From Mobula hypostoma (taxonomy: Eukaryota): 64,000 nucleotides of DNA. The first letter of the stretch is position 1; each line of letters begins with the position of its first letter. Both the position numbers and the translations under genes were made by a program. Below, one piece after another: positions 24,531 through 36,814 of this stretch. The stretch spans positions 234,858,001 to 234,922,000 of the forward strand of contig NC_086097.1 in assembly GCF_963921235.1 (NCBI RefSeq). Direction: 5' to 3'. Under the pieces are notes generated by a model, which saw only the letters and a list, made by a program, of their open reading frames with translations, did no database searches and was not told the origin of the DNA.

Positions 24531-26299
24531 GAACACAGCAATCCCTCGTTTCCCCTCCGATACAGCTTCTTGCCTTTAGGTCCTCAACCCATTAACCCAC
24601 CCTACTATAACCCCATCACTACTTCATACCCAACAACCACTCCTCTCCACCGCCTTTCAGCACCCTTCATCTCCCAAGGCACATAGCATCACTTTATTGA
24701 CATATAACCAGTCTACGTACATAAGCTAATCCTATATATATATATGGCCACACTCAGCCATGTGCACATTCTGTTTTATAGGATTGCTTTTATGATTTAT
24801 ACTTGTTGTGCTTCTTAATGTGTTCTTTATGCTTATTATGTTCTTTACACTGCATTGCACCTGGAGTAATAATCAGAGAATATTGTTCTCCTTTATATTG
24901 GTGCACTGAATAATAACAATAACCTTGAATCTTGAATTTTGAAGTTCAACATACAGCTTGCAAAAAAATAAGATAAAATAGCTACTGAGATTCTAAATTC
25001 AGTTAAGTCGGACTTCAGTGTGATAAGGCAGTAAACTGCTGAAAAGGGCCACTGGGTGAAATATTACATCTTCTGTCATTTGATGATACAGTACAAATTA
25101 ATATCTTTGAGGATATAAGAAAAATATTTGCCAAAGAAAGGTCAAAGATGATCAAAGGTATGTGGGATAACATAAAACTAAAACAAATAACTTTATAAAG
25201 GAAGAACCTCCAGGCTTCTGATTACTGGGACAAATCAGACAGCAAGAGCTACAAAAAGGGAGGATGAGAAGAAATTTGAAAGGAAGATTAAAATCAACAG
25301 AAAATGTAATTTCATATAATTTTATTGAAAAAGAGATTGAAAAAATAGATACCAACCAATTAATAATGACAAACAGAAGAAAATCTGCAGATGCTGTAAA
25401 TGCAAAGCAGCAGACAAAATGCTGGAGGAACTCAGCAGGTCAGGCAGTGTCTATAGAAAAGAAGGGGTATTAAAAGGGAATCTTTCTTGATCAACGTCAC
25501 TGAATTCAACATAATCAAGAAATTAGAAAGTTGATGAAACTAATTTATCTAGATGAACAAAGTCATTCTTAAGATTCTACATCATAGACTAATTAAGATA
25601 GAGCCTATGAATCCAGACCCCACCACACAGCTTCTTGTCTGAAGTGAGTAGGAGCAAAGGTTAGCTGTTGCATAAGGTGGGAAATCTGGTTCCAGTAGAG
25701 TGGACATTTTTTTTTACTATGTATATTAGTGTTTGTGCTGTGGTGTATTAAGTTTTATAAAAACAGTAGCTGAAAGTCTGAACAATTCTGAGTGACACTT
25801 TAACTCTTTGTGAAGGCAGCATGTTAGTTATCTGTAGAAGTTAATGTCCTGTCCTCTTCACACGCCTTGCATGAATTAACAGGCAGATAAACTCCATCCC
25901 CAGTTACCACACTGACAAAGACGTTCCAAGTTGACTTTCTTTAAAGTAGCAACTGGTGGTAAGGTAAAACTGACAGAAAGAAAAACATACAATCAAAAGG
26001 TGTCCAAATTCCCATTATGGTTAAGTACAAGGCAAGCATTAAATATACCACAAATGGTACAAAATAATACACAAGATACTGCATACAAATAAGTTCCAAA
26101 TATATCATAATACATATAGATGTTGCTACATACAATGTATCTTATGCACGTTTTCTCACTACGGGTTAGCCAGAACATGTGGCCCATATGAATAGTCCAT
26201 CTGTATTTTATCTGCACACAAACCATTCAAACATCTCTGGTTTGTGGAAATATGCATATACATCAATAAATAATAAAACTAAAGATTACTTTTACTTAC

Positions 26300-26411
26300 T
26301 GACGATGCTGTCAAAGACCTGAACGTCCGGATGATGTCGAATGAAAAGGCACAAGCTCTCCCTCAACTCTACATGGGGAACTGTCTCGACGCCAACTGAT
26401 GATGTCATCAG
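26300..26411 (-). other. Candidate host-gene exon (112 nt), product unknown
   Basis: Acceptor gtgtctctag, donor GTAAGT, one open frame LMTSSVGVETVPHVELRESLCLFIRHHPDVQVFDSIV, several retained CpGs within apparently unique DNA. Confidence 0.45.
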
Positions 26412-26591
26412 CTAGAGACACAGATCACATGACCTAAATGACTGCTATACAAAACTACTAGCAAAGGGTGCTAAATGACAAATAAAATAACTGACTTATG
26501 GCAGCACAGTTAAACACTGCAGGTTTGTTAAATGTTTGCTAATAGTGGCTGAATTCTGTATCGCCTCAGGCACTAGTGGCATGAAAACAAA

Positions 26592-27178
26592 AGAAACATA
26601 GAAAAAGCATAGATATTTACAGTACATTATAGGCCCTTTGGCCCACAATATTGTACCAACGATGTAACCTACTCTAGAAACTGCCTAGAATTTCCCTACT
26701 GCATAGCCATCTCTTTCTCTAAATGTACTTATCTAATGTGACATTCATTATCTAAGAGTCTCTTAAAAGACCCCTCTACCACCTTTGCTGGTAGTGCGCT
26801 TCATGCACCCACCACTCTGTGTGATAAACTTACCTCTGACATCCCCCTTGTATCTACTTCCAAGCACCTTAAAACTATGCCCCCTCGTGTTAACCATTTC
26901 AGCCCTGGGAGAAAGCCTCTGGTTATCTACACAATTAATGCCTCTCATCTTATACACCTCTATCAGGTCACCTCTCATCCTCTATTGCTCCAAGGAGAAA
27001 AGACCAAGTTCACTCAATCTATGTTCATGGCATACTCTCCAATCCGGGCAACATCCTTGTAAATCTCCTCTACACTCTCTTTAAGGTATCTACATCCTTC
27101 CTGTAATGAGGTGATCAGAACTGAACACCGTACTCCAAGTGGGGTCCAACTAAGGTCTTATATAGCTGTGACATTACA
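26592..27178 (-). mobile_element. CR1 3' end
   Basis: ORF 26763-26978 MRGDLIEVYK...TRGHS; gaaacatagaaa tail. Confidence 0.85.
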
Positions 27179-27629
27179 GGTATATAAAGACCAAAGAGCT
27201 TATCTATTCCTGTGTGTCTCTCAATGCTTGTGTGCTTGTGGATTGAACCCTTAAGGTATTGAAGCACTTTATGCTCAGTTCTTGGGGCTTCTAGGCGAAG
27301 GAATCGTGATCGATCAGTGCCTAGGACAAATTCATGAGTTGGAACTTGGAGATACCCTCAACAAAAGTGACAATCAAGTCCCCCGATGACAGCAACAATC
27401 AAGTGGAGACTATGAAATGTGAACCCTGAAAACTTTGTAACTTACTGTGTAGTATTTAGTGTGGTTTATTTGAGTTTTCTGTTTTCTGATAATAAATTTG
27501 CTTCAGTTACTTTGTTGTGCTTGTATGCTTATCACCACATCTCCTGGACACTTGAAATGGGTTGGGTCCTTTGGGTCTGATCAACCCAGCCCATTACATT
27601 GTTTTAGACATTAGAATCAATATACAAAT

Positions 27630-28910
27630 AACTTGCATATGCCATGCCCATAATATGATGAAGGATCTCAAACATCCATCCAGTGTCCTCTTTGACTCTA
27701 CAACAGGCAGGAGACTACGATGCATAAAAACAAGAATGGGCAGATCGGGAAACAGTTTCTTTCCCCTGGTCATTAGGCTTCTGAACTCCCTACCACACCA
27801 TATTCAAAGTGTCACTGGTTAATCTGCTCATTAATTATTGATGCCTTTAATTTGTTACTTATGTGTGATTCATCTGTAGATTCTTTATCCTTACCTTCAT
27901 AAATTATAGTATGTTATGTGTACTACTGCGCTTTACATCCGGGTTCAAAAGAACATTGTCTTATTTCTATGTACAGTAGTTAAATGACAATAAACCTGAC
28001 TTGACTTGATTTAAAGTTAAGTTGGGCCAAAGGGCCTTTTCTGTGCTGTGTTTCGTGACTCCAATTCTGAACCTGACATCAAATTGGAGGGAATAGCTAA
28101 ACTGAGAAGGAATGTCACATGAAGGCATTCATAAATTTGCAAAATGAGCATTTAAATGTCTAATGCATTTAACAATCAGCAAGATCAAAGAGATGATTGT
28201 GGATTTCAGGAAGGATAAGATGAGGGAACACAACCAATCCATATGAAGAAGTGGAGAGAATGCGCCATTTCAAGTTCCTGGATATCAGTATCTCTGAGGA
28301 CCTAATCTGGATGCAACATATTGATGCAGTTATAAACAAGTCAGGATAGCAGATACATTTCATTTGGAGTTTGAAGAAATTTGGCATGTCAACTAAAACA
28401 CTTGAAAACTTCTACAATTGTTTCGTGGAGAGCAATCTGACTGGCTGCCTCACTGCCTGCTATCAGGGGAACTACTGCATAAGATCGAACTAACTTGCAG
28501 AAACTTGTAAAATTTGTCAGGTCCATTATGGGCATTAGCCTCCAAGACATCTTCAAGAAGCAATGCCTTGGAAAGGTGGCGTCCATTATTAAAGACCCCA
28601 CCACCCAGGACATGCTCTCTTCTCATTGTTACATTAGGAAGAAAGTACAGAAGCTTGAAAAGACACACTCAGTGACTCAGGAACAGACTCTTCCCCTCTG
28701 CATTCCAATTTCTAAATGGACATTGAGCCCATGAACACTACCTCACTACTTTTTATTTCTGTTTCTTTGCACTACTTATTGTAATAACTATATACATATA
28801 TTTACTGCAATTCAGTTTTTCTCTATATTTATTTATCATGTATTTCATTGTACTGCTGCCACAAAGTTAACAAATTTCACAGCATACACTGGTGATGTTA
28901 AACCTGATCC
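27630..28910 (+). mobile_element. Two decayed Rex1/Babar-type 3' fragments
   Basis: NSFFPLVIRLLNS with aataaacctgacttgacttg tail (~28000); ASIIKDP and aaacctgatcctga tail (~28905). Confidence 0.7.
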
Positions 28911-29057
28911 TGACAGATCAGGGGTTCCCAGTCTGCTGTCCAAGGACTCATTGGTTTATAGTGGGGGCCCATGGGATCCCCTGAGACAGATGAATACATA
29001 TTGTTACCATCAATAATCAGGCAAATCCTTCTTGAAAATAAGAATCTGAATGGGATA

Positions 29058-29530
29058 AACACAAGGGATTCTGCAGATGCTGGAAATCCAAAGTGAGACT
29101 CAAACAAAATGCTGGATGAACTCAACATTTATGGAAAGGAATAACGAGCTGATGTTTTGGGCTGAGATCCTTCACCAGGACTGGAAAGGAAGGGGGAAGA
29201 AGCCAGAATAGGAAGGTGGAGGAGGAAAGGAGTACAAGCTGGCAAGTGACCAGATGAGGGGGCAGGTTGGGGGGGGGAGGAAGAAGTAGAAGAAGGAAGC
29301 TGTTAGGAGAGGGGAGTGGACCATGGGAGAAAGGGAAGGACGAGGGGCATTAGAACGAGTTGATGGGCAGGTGAGGTGAAGAGGAATGGGAGATTTGGGA
29401 GTCCTGTATCAAAATGGATGTTAATAAATGCAAACGAAATGGAAGTAGTGCCTTGGCCTGAAACATTGACTGTATATTAGCTTCCATGGATACTGCCTGA
29501 CCAGCAGATTTCCTCCAGCATTTTGTGTCT
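29058..29530. mobile_element. Old Penelope-like terminal repeats in inverted arrangement
   Basis: Minus copy gattctgcagatgctggaaatcc...cttcaccaggactgg plus purine-rich UTR; plus copy ggcctgaaacattgactg...cctccagcattttgtgt at ~29453-29528. Confidence 0.65.
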
Positions 29531-30269
29531 TAAACCAAATGGTTGTGTGTGTTTCTCAAAGAATAGAATTGGAAATCATAAGCATTCAGCCTTTATGACC
29601 CATTAATTAGTGAGTTCAACAATTTCAGAAAACCTTTGTTTTACTCTTTTATATCTGTTATATCACTTCTTCAAGTTTTAGTTTCTTTTCCCTGATTTTT
29701 TTTCTGAAATTCTTTTGCCTGGCACTGTCATTTAATCTTTTTGCCCATCTTAAACCTTGCTTTTTAGTTCCCTTTTCCCCGTTTACTTCCCATTTTAAAA
29801 CCTGCTTATTTCTAAATTTTACCATTTCAATGAAGGGTCCTCAATGTGAAATTTTAACTCTGCATCTCTTTCAGATTTCCAGTGCCCACCTGTATTTCTC
29901 TTTTTCTGTGAAGAGAAAGGAAGGTACATATTTCAACTTTTTTGTATTCTACGTGATAACTTCATTGAATCTGATTTTGACCAAATTTGAGATAGGTTGT
30001 ACCATTTAGTAGTGTCACTTGTAAGACATAGTAGGCACAAAAGCCGGGAATTTAGCAATAAGAACAAGAAAAAACTCCTGGAAGCGGCTGAGGTAAATGG
30101 CATAGAGTTATAGAGTAGTACATCATAGAAATAAGCCCTTTGGCCCATAATATCTCGGTCAACTATCCTATGTACACATATTAATCTCAACTGCCTGCAT
30201 TTGTTCTATATCCTCTGTGTCTTTCTCATTCATGTACCTGTCCAGATGTCTCTTACATGCAGACATGGG

Positions 30270-30447
30270 GATGTTTGCAAATGCTGGAAATCCAAATCAA
30301 CACACACAAAATGCTGTGGGAACTCAGCGTCTATGGAAAATAGTACACAGTCTACGTTTCGGGCTAGGACCCTTCTTTAGGACTGAGAGGGAAGAGGCTA
30401 GATACCTGAATTAAAAGGTGAGGGGTAGGGGAAAGAGGCTAGCTGGA
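30270..30447 (-). mobile_element. Old Penelope-like terminal repeat
   Basis: atgctggaaatcc...cagtctacgtttcgggctaggaccct...aggactg, homologous to 16772-16948. Confidence 0.65.
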
Positions 30448-30559
30448 ATCTCTTAAATACAGTACCTTTTCCTACTTCCAACATCTCCTTTGACAGCTCA
30501 TTCACACACAAACTACTCTTAATCCTCCTTCAACATACCAACTACTTCCTAGTTTTAGA

Positions 30560-30845
30560 AACCCGTAAGACCATAAAATATAGGAGCAAAAATCAGAGCC
30601 AATCTCCTGACTTCTCCCTGTATCCCTTCATGCCCTGACCAATCAAGAAAGATTTGGCCTCCACAGCTGCCTGTGGAAAGGAATTCCACGGATTCACCAC
30701 TCTCTGGCTAAAGAAATTCCTCCTCATCTCCGTTCTAAAAGGACTCTCCTTGATTCTGAGGCTGTGTCCTCTGGTCTTAGACTCTCCCATTACAGGAAAC
30801 ATTCTCTCCACATCACCTCTCTCAAGGCCTTTCACTGTTCAGTAG
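30560..30845 (-). mobile_element. CR1 3' end
   Basis: ORF 30593-30835 (TRGHSLRI, RNFFSQRVVN). Confidence 0.85.
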
Positions 30846-31020
30846 GTTACTCCGACCATGAGAAACAGACTCTGGCTATCTATGCCTCTGATGCAGGTTC
30901 CTTTGTTCCAGCAAAAGCAGACAGTGCATATCCAATCTCTCCTTCTAGCTCAAGATTTTCAAATTAAGTAACATCCTTGTGAATATATTCTGCACTTTCT
31001 CCAGTGTATTAACATAATCT

Positions 31021-31512
31021 TAGGGTGCCTAAGACTTTTGCACAGTATTGCAGTAATTTTACATATTGCACTGTACTGCTGCCACAAAAAAAGCATTACA
31101 TTACTTACGTGAGTGACAATAAACCTGATTCTGATATGGGTGGCTGCTGTGGACTGAGAGAGGGGAATCAAGGTTGGGAAAAGGGGAAGGAAAAGGGGAA
31201 GGAAGAGGGGTGGGAGCGGGAAGCATGAGGGTGACATTCGGTAATGATCAATAAAGGGTGACCTTTCCTGGCATCTCAGAGCTAGGTGCGTCTGCACACA
31301 CACCCTACCCCCGCCTCTAGCACTCCTTTTCTGCCACCTGTCCCACACCCCTCCAGCAGTGCTCCACCCTCAACATTCCCAACACCCTTTGCTCCAACCA
31401 TATTTACAAACTCCTTCTCCGCTCCATATTGACAAATACAACACTGTGCTAAAGTCTTAGGCACCCTAGTTATTTCATATATAAGTGCCTCAGATTTTTG
31501 CAGAGTACTGCA
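31021..31512. mobile_element. Composite repeat: Tc1-type TIRs plus captured Rex-type 3' tail
   Basis: gtgcctaagacttttgcacagtattg (31025), aataaacctgattctga (~31118), MITE at 31436-31512; internal blocks resemble ~13425-13465, ~14535-14580 and ~15003-15114. Confidence 0.55.
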
Positions 31513-31723
31513 TTTCTTGCGCAGCAACTAGAAATATGTATAAAGCTTCGAGTGTAACCTAACCGACACCTTGTAGAAATGTAACATGACGTCACATCTC
31601 CTGGAATTAATTCCTTGGCCAGTGACAAATTACATGCTGTATGCCTTTTGTGTCTTGCTCAAAATGTTGACTGTTTATTCTGCTCCATAGGTGCTACCTA
31701 ACATGTTGAATTCCTTCAATATG

Positions 31724-32594
31724 TGTTGCAACCATGAATATCAATCGAGACAGGTTATATAAAAACAACCAAACATTTAGTAAACATGGATAAACAATTA
31801 AAAAAACGAAAACCTTAACCGGAAGTTAACCGCTATGCAGCCGTTCAACAAATCGTCACTCGGCACTGGTTCTGAAAGCGTTAAATGAGAAAACAGTTCT
31901 TAAAACAGTAAAGTCAGACATAGTTCTTAAAATGGTAAATTCAAAAGTCCAACAGATTTATATGTCCAATTGGGTGAGACTTCTCTGGAGAAGGATTTTC
32001 TTCATAGACGCGACTTTCCTGCTGGTTCTGTCCGAAGGATTCACGATGCAGTAAATAAACAGTTTAAAACAACTGACCTTAATTTCTTTTAAAGATCAAA
32101 CCTTGCATGAACTCTTTTTTCTTTTGGCAAGAGTTATCTCGATGCAGGTCACTACTCCTTCAACGAAGACTCAATAAGGTCCATCCTTTGTTAAACTGCC
32201 GAACGAAACCGACTCCTCTCAATCCTTCGAGTCTTGTACTTCGATAACGTCTTTACTCTCCCGTACTACTGCTAGAATAAGGTACATCAACACATCTAGC
32301 AAAAATTTCGGACCAGCAATATTATTCCTTGCAACAGAATATAACAACTGTTTAAAAAATGGAACTGCGTCATAAAAACAAATACGCAACAGAAACGGAG
32401 ACACAGTACGTTCTAGCTGGAAATCTAAAAACTAAAAACTAACTGCGTCCTCTGGGGTTCCCCCTTATATACCCGTGGTGCACATGTCATCGCGTGACCT
32501 CACATCGGCGGGGAAATTACATCAGGTGACCTCCAAAAGACCATTACATCATTCTTACAAAAAAAAATCACAGATCTCCTTGAGGCATGTAACA
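31724..32594 (-). mobile_element. Probable solo LTR (Gypsy-like) inserted in a Penelope remnant
   Basis: Termini TGTTGCA...TGTAACA (TG..CA imperfect inverted repeat), TATATAA on minus at ~32465-32471, CpG-rich, no credible ORF; no TSD found. Confidence 0.55.
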
Positions 32595-32749
32595 CTCAAG
32601 ATTTCCAGCATCCTCAGAATCCCCAGTTCTGCTCCAATGTGAAGTCTAACAATGTGCGCATACCAAGAAAATGCTTAAATCTTCTCTTCAGTGTGAGCTC
32701 ACTGAGACCCTTTCTGCTCCACCCTCTCTCACTGCTCCTCCTCAGTACT

Positions 32750-32930
32750 GTAGCTTGTACTCCTTCCCCTCCACTCTCCGTCTTCTTTCCCCTTCTCTTC
32801 CAGTGCAGATGAAGGGTCTCTGCCTGGTATGTCGAGCGGTCATTTCTCTCCTTAGACGCTGCCTAACCTGATGAGTTCCTCCAGTCTCTTGTATCTATTA
32901 TGGTGGGTTACCAGCATTTGCAGAATCTCT
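32750..32930 (+). mobile_element. Old Penelope-like terminal repeat
   Basis: CT-rich UTR then cagatgaagggtctc...gacgctgcctaacctgatgagttcctccag...ccagcatttgcagaatctcttg. Confidence 0.65.
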
Positions 32931-33825
32931 TGCATTTATATGTTGTGCTATATGCCTTCCTCACCATCCTTTCTATCTGTGAGACCATTTTCAGGGAACT
33001 ATGTAGTTCCACTATACTCTCCAGGGTCCTGTTGTTCACAATGCATGTCCTGCCCTGAATTAACTTACAAAAATGCATCACTTGGTACCTGTGTAATGTA
33101 ATATTGTGGCAAGCATTTGGTCCATAATGACAGATGAGGAAGCTCATTGACCTCAACAACCGTTTTATTGTGATAAACATAAAACACACCAGGCACCATG
33201 ACCCGGAGAGTGAACCCAGCCAGTCTCACGCAGACAGGGGAGGTGACCATCACACACCCTGGTTACAGTCAGGGTGACCCACAAATACACAAGCAAATAA
33301 CTGTATAACCCAAGCTAAAATGTAACAATAAATGATCTGGAACGTCCCACCATAATCCCACAAAAGCACTTTAACACAAGAACAATAAACAGTACTGGTC
33401 ATTAGAAATGCAGGGGCGGGCTTGTCAAGCGTCACAATATTTTGAAAAATAAAACTATTTCACAGCTCTGAATGTGATAATTTAATTATAATATAAATAA
33501 TATCATTCCAAGTAGTAACGAAAAAGCACTTAATATTGTTACCCTGGGTATTTAGTGAGATCCTCACAACTGATGCAAACTAGCGAGTTTTTGAATATCT
33601 GGTTGCAGCTTGGCTAACGATAATTGCAGATCACCTCCTATCACAACTCAAGATGGTTATGAGCTTTTGATAACAGGTGAGGAATTTGACTAAAACCACA
33701 TTCAACTAGATAAGAGGTGGAAAATCCAATTAAAAACAATTTTACTTTCTCCCAGAGCTACGGACACTTATTTTGAATTCCACTAGTCATCCAGAATTTT
33801 TTCTCGGCATCACCCATCGTTTGCC

Positions 33826-36625
33826 GTTATAGCAATTAGTGAAACTTGGCTACAGGAGGGGCAGGACTGGCAGCTTACTATTCCAGGGTTCCGATGTTTC
33901 AGATGTGATCGAGGCAGAGGAATGAAAGGTGGGGGAGTAGCATTGCTTGTTAGTGAAAATATTACAGCAGTGCTCAGGCCGGACAGATCAGAGGGCTTGT
34001 CTACTGAGTCCTTATGGGTGGAGCTGAGAAACAGGAAAGGTATGGCCACATTAGTGGGATTGTATTACAGACCACCCAATAGTCAACGAGAATTGGAAGA
34101 ACAAATCTGCAGAGAGATAGCAAGCAACTGCAGGAAACATAAACTTGTGGTGGTAGGGGATTTTAATTTTCCATATATTGATTGGGACTCCCATACTGTT
34201 AGGGGTCTAGATGGTTTAGAGTTTGTAAAATGTGTTCAGGAAAGTTTTCTAAATCAATATATAGAGGGACCAACTAGAGGGGATGCAATATTGGATCTCC
34301 TGTTAGGAAACGAGTTTGGACAAGTGACGGAGGTGTGTGTAGGGGAGCATTTTGGTTCCAGTGATCATAACACCTTTAGTTTCAACTTGATCATGGACAA
34401 GGATAGATCTGGTCCTAGGGTTGAGGTTCTGAACTGGAAGAAGGCCAAATTTGAAGAAATGAGAAAGGATCTAAAAAGCGTGGATTGGGACAGGTTGTTC
34501 ACTGACAAAGATGTGATTGGTAGGTGGGAAGCCTTCAAAGGAGAAATTTTGAGAGTGCAGAATTTGTATGTTCCTGTCGGGATTAAAGGCAAAGTGAATA
34601 GGAATAAGGAACCTTGGTTCTCAAGGGATATTACAACTCTGATAAGAAAAAAGAGGGAGTTGTATGACATGTATAGGAAGCAGGGAGTAAATAAGGTGCT
34701 TGAGGAGTATAAGAAGTGCAAGAAAATACTTAAGAAAGAAATCAGGAGGGCTAAAAGAAGACATGAGGTTGCCTTGGCAGTCAAAGTGAAGGATAATCCA
34801 AAGAGCTTTTACAGGTATATTAAGAGCAAAAGGATTGTAAGGGATAAAATTGGTCCTCTTGAAGATCAGAGTGGTCGGCTATATGCGGAACCATAGGAAA
34901 TGGAGGAGATCTTAAATAGGTTTTTTGCGTCTGTATTTACTAAGGAAACTGGCATGAAGTCTATGGAATTAAGGGAAACAATTAGTGAGATCATGGAAAC
35001 TGTACAGCTCGAAAAGGAGGAGATCCTTGCTGTCTTGAGGAAAATTAAAGTGGATAAATCCCCGGGACCTGACAGGGTGTTCCCTCAGACCTTGAAGAAG
35101 ACTAGTGTTGAAATTGCAGGGACCCTGGCAGAAATATTTAATATGTCGCTGTCTACAGGTGAGGTGCCAGAGGATTGGAGAGTGGCTCATGTTGTTCCGT
35201 TGTTTAAAAAAGGATCGAAAAGTAATCCGGGAAATTATAGGCCAGTAAGTTTAACGTCGGTAGTAGGTAAGTTATTGGAGGGAGTACTAAGAGACAGAAT
35301 CTACAAGCATTTGGATAGACAGGGACTTATTAGGGAGAGCCAACATGGCTTTGTGTGTGGTAGGTCATGTTTGACCAATTTATTGGAGTTTTTCGAGGAG
35401 GTTACCAGGAAAGTGGATGAAGGGAAGGCAGTGGATATTGTCTACATGGACTTCAGTAAGGCCTTTGACAAGGTCCCGCATGGGAGGTTAGTTAGGAAAA
35501 TTCAGTCGCTAGGTATACATGGAGAGGTGGTAAATTGGATTAGACATTGGCTCAATAGAAGAAGCCAAAGAATGGTAGTAGAGAGTTGCTTCTCCGAGTG
35601 GAGGCCTGTGACTAGTGGTGTGCCACAGGGATCAGTGCTGGGTCCATTGTTATTTGTCATCTATATCAATGATCTGGATGATAATGTGGTAAATTGGATC
35701 AGCAAATTTGCTGGTGATACAAAGATTGGAGGTGTAGTAGACAGTGAGGAAGGTTTTCAGAGCCTGCAGAGGGACTTGGACCAACTGGAAAAATGGGCTG
35801 AAAAATGGCAGATGGAGTTTAATACAGACAAGTGTGAGGTATTGCACTTTGGAAGAATAAACCAAGGTAGAACATACAGGGTTAATGGTAAGGCACTGAG
35901 GAGTGTAGTAGATCAGAGGAATCTGGGAATACAGATAGAAAATTCCCTAAAAGTGTCGTCACAGGTAGATAGGGTCGTAAAGAGAGCTTTTGGTACATTG
36001 GCCTTTATTAATCAAAGTATTGAGTATAAGAGTTGGAATGTTATGATGAGGTTGTATAAGGCATTGGTGAGGCCGAATCTGGAGTATTGTGTTCAGTTTT
36101 GGTCACCAAATTACAGGAAGGATATAAATAAGGTTGAAAGAGTGCCAAGAAGGTTTACAAGGATGTTGCCAGGACTTGAGAAACTCAGTTACAGAGAAAG
36201 GTTGAATAGGTTAGGACTTTATTCCCTGGAGTGTAGAAGAATGAGGGGAGATTTGATAGAAGTATATAAAATTATGATGGGTATAGATAGAGTGAATGCA
36301 AGCAGGCTTTTTCCACTGAGGCAAGGGGAGAAAAAAAAACAGAGGACATGGGTTAAGGGTGAGGGGGGAAAAGTTTAAAGGGAACATTAGAGGGTCTTCT
36401 TCACACAGAGAGTGGTGGGAGTATGGAATGAGCTGCCAAACGAGGTGGTAAATGCGGGTTCTTTTTTAACATTTAAGAATAAATTAGACAGATACATGGA
36501 TGGGAGGTGTATGGAGGGATATGGTCCGTGTGCAGGTCAGTGGGACTAGGCAGAAAATGGTTCGGCACAGCCAAGAAGGGCCAAAAGGCCTGTTTCTATG
36601 CTGTATTTTCTATGGTTTCTATGGT
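33826..36625 (+). mobile_element. Young 5'-truncated CR1 LINE with nearly entire ORF2 (EN and RT)
   Basis: ISETW, YYRPP, GDFN, SDH; SGVPQGSVLGP, FAGD; in-frame ORFs 33922-34896 and 34900-36378 separated by one TAG; (ttctatgg)n tail; candidate TSD tttgcc at 33820-33825 and 36626-36631. Confidence 0.95.
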
Positions 36626-36631
36626 TTTGCC

Positions 36632-36792
36632 AGCTTGTACACTTTCCCACATCCCCACCTTCTTCTTCTCTCTTCCTCCCTCTTCCTTTCAAGTGTGGAA
36701 GAAAGGTCTCGGCCAAAAAAAAAATCGACCATTTATTCCTTTCCATCAATGCTGCCGGACCTGCTGAGTTCCTTCAGCATTTTTGTGTGTTG
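36632..36792 (+). mobile_element. Old Penelope-like terminal repeat (host of the CR1)
   Basis: gaagaaaggtctcggcc...atgctgccggacctgctgagttccttcagcatttttgtgtgtt. Confidence 0.65.
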
Positions 36793-36814
36793 ATCTACCA
36801 CCCTGCTTTTATAC

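Noticed and set aside
33609..33676. AG..GTGAGG segment encoding LANDNCRSPPITTQDGYELLIT
   Set aside because: Poor polypyrimidine tract and no supporting evidence
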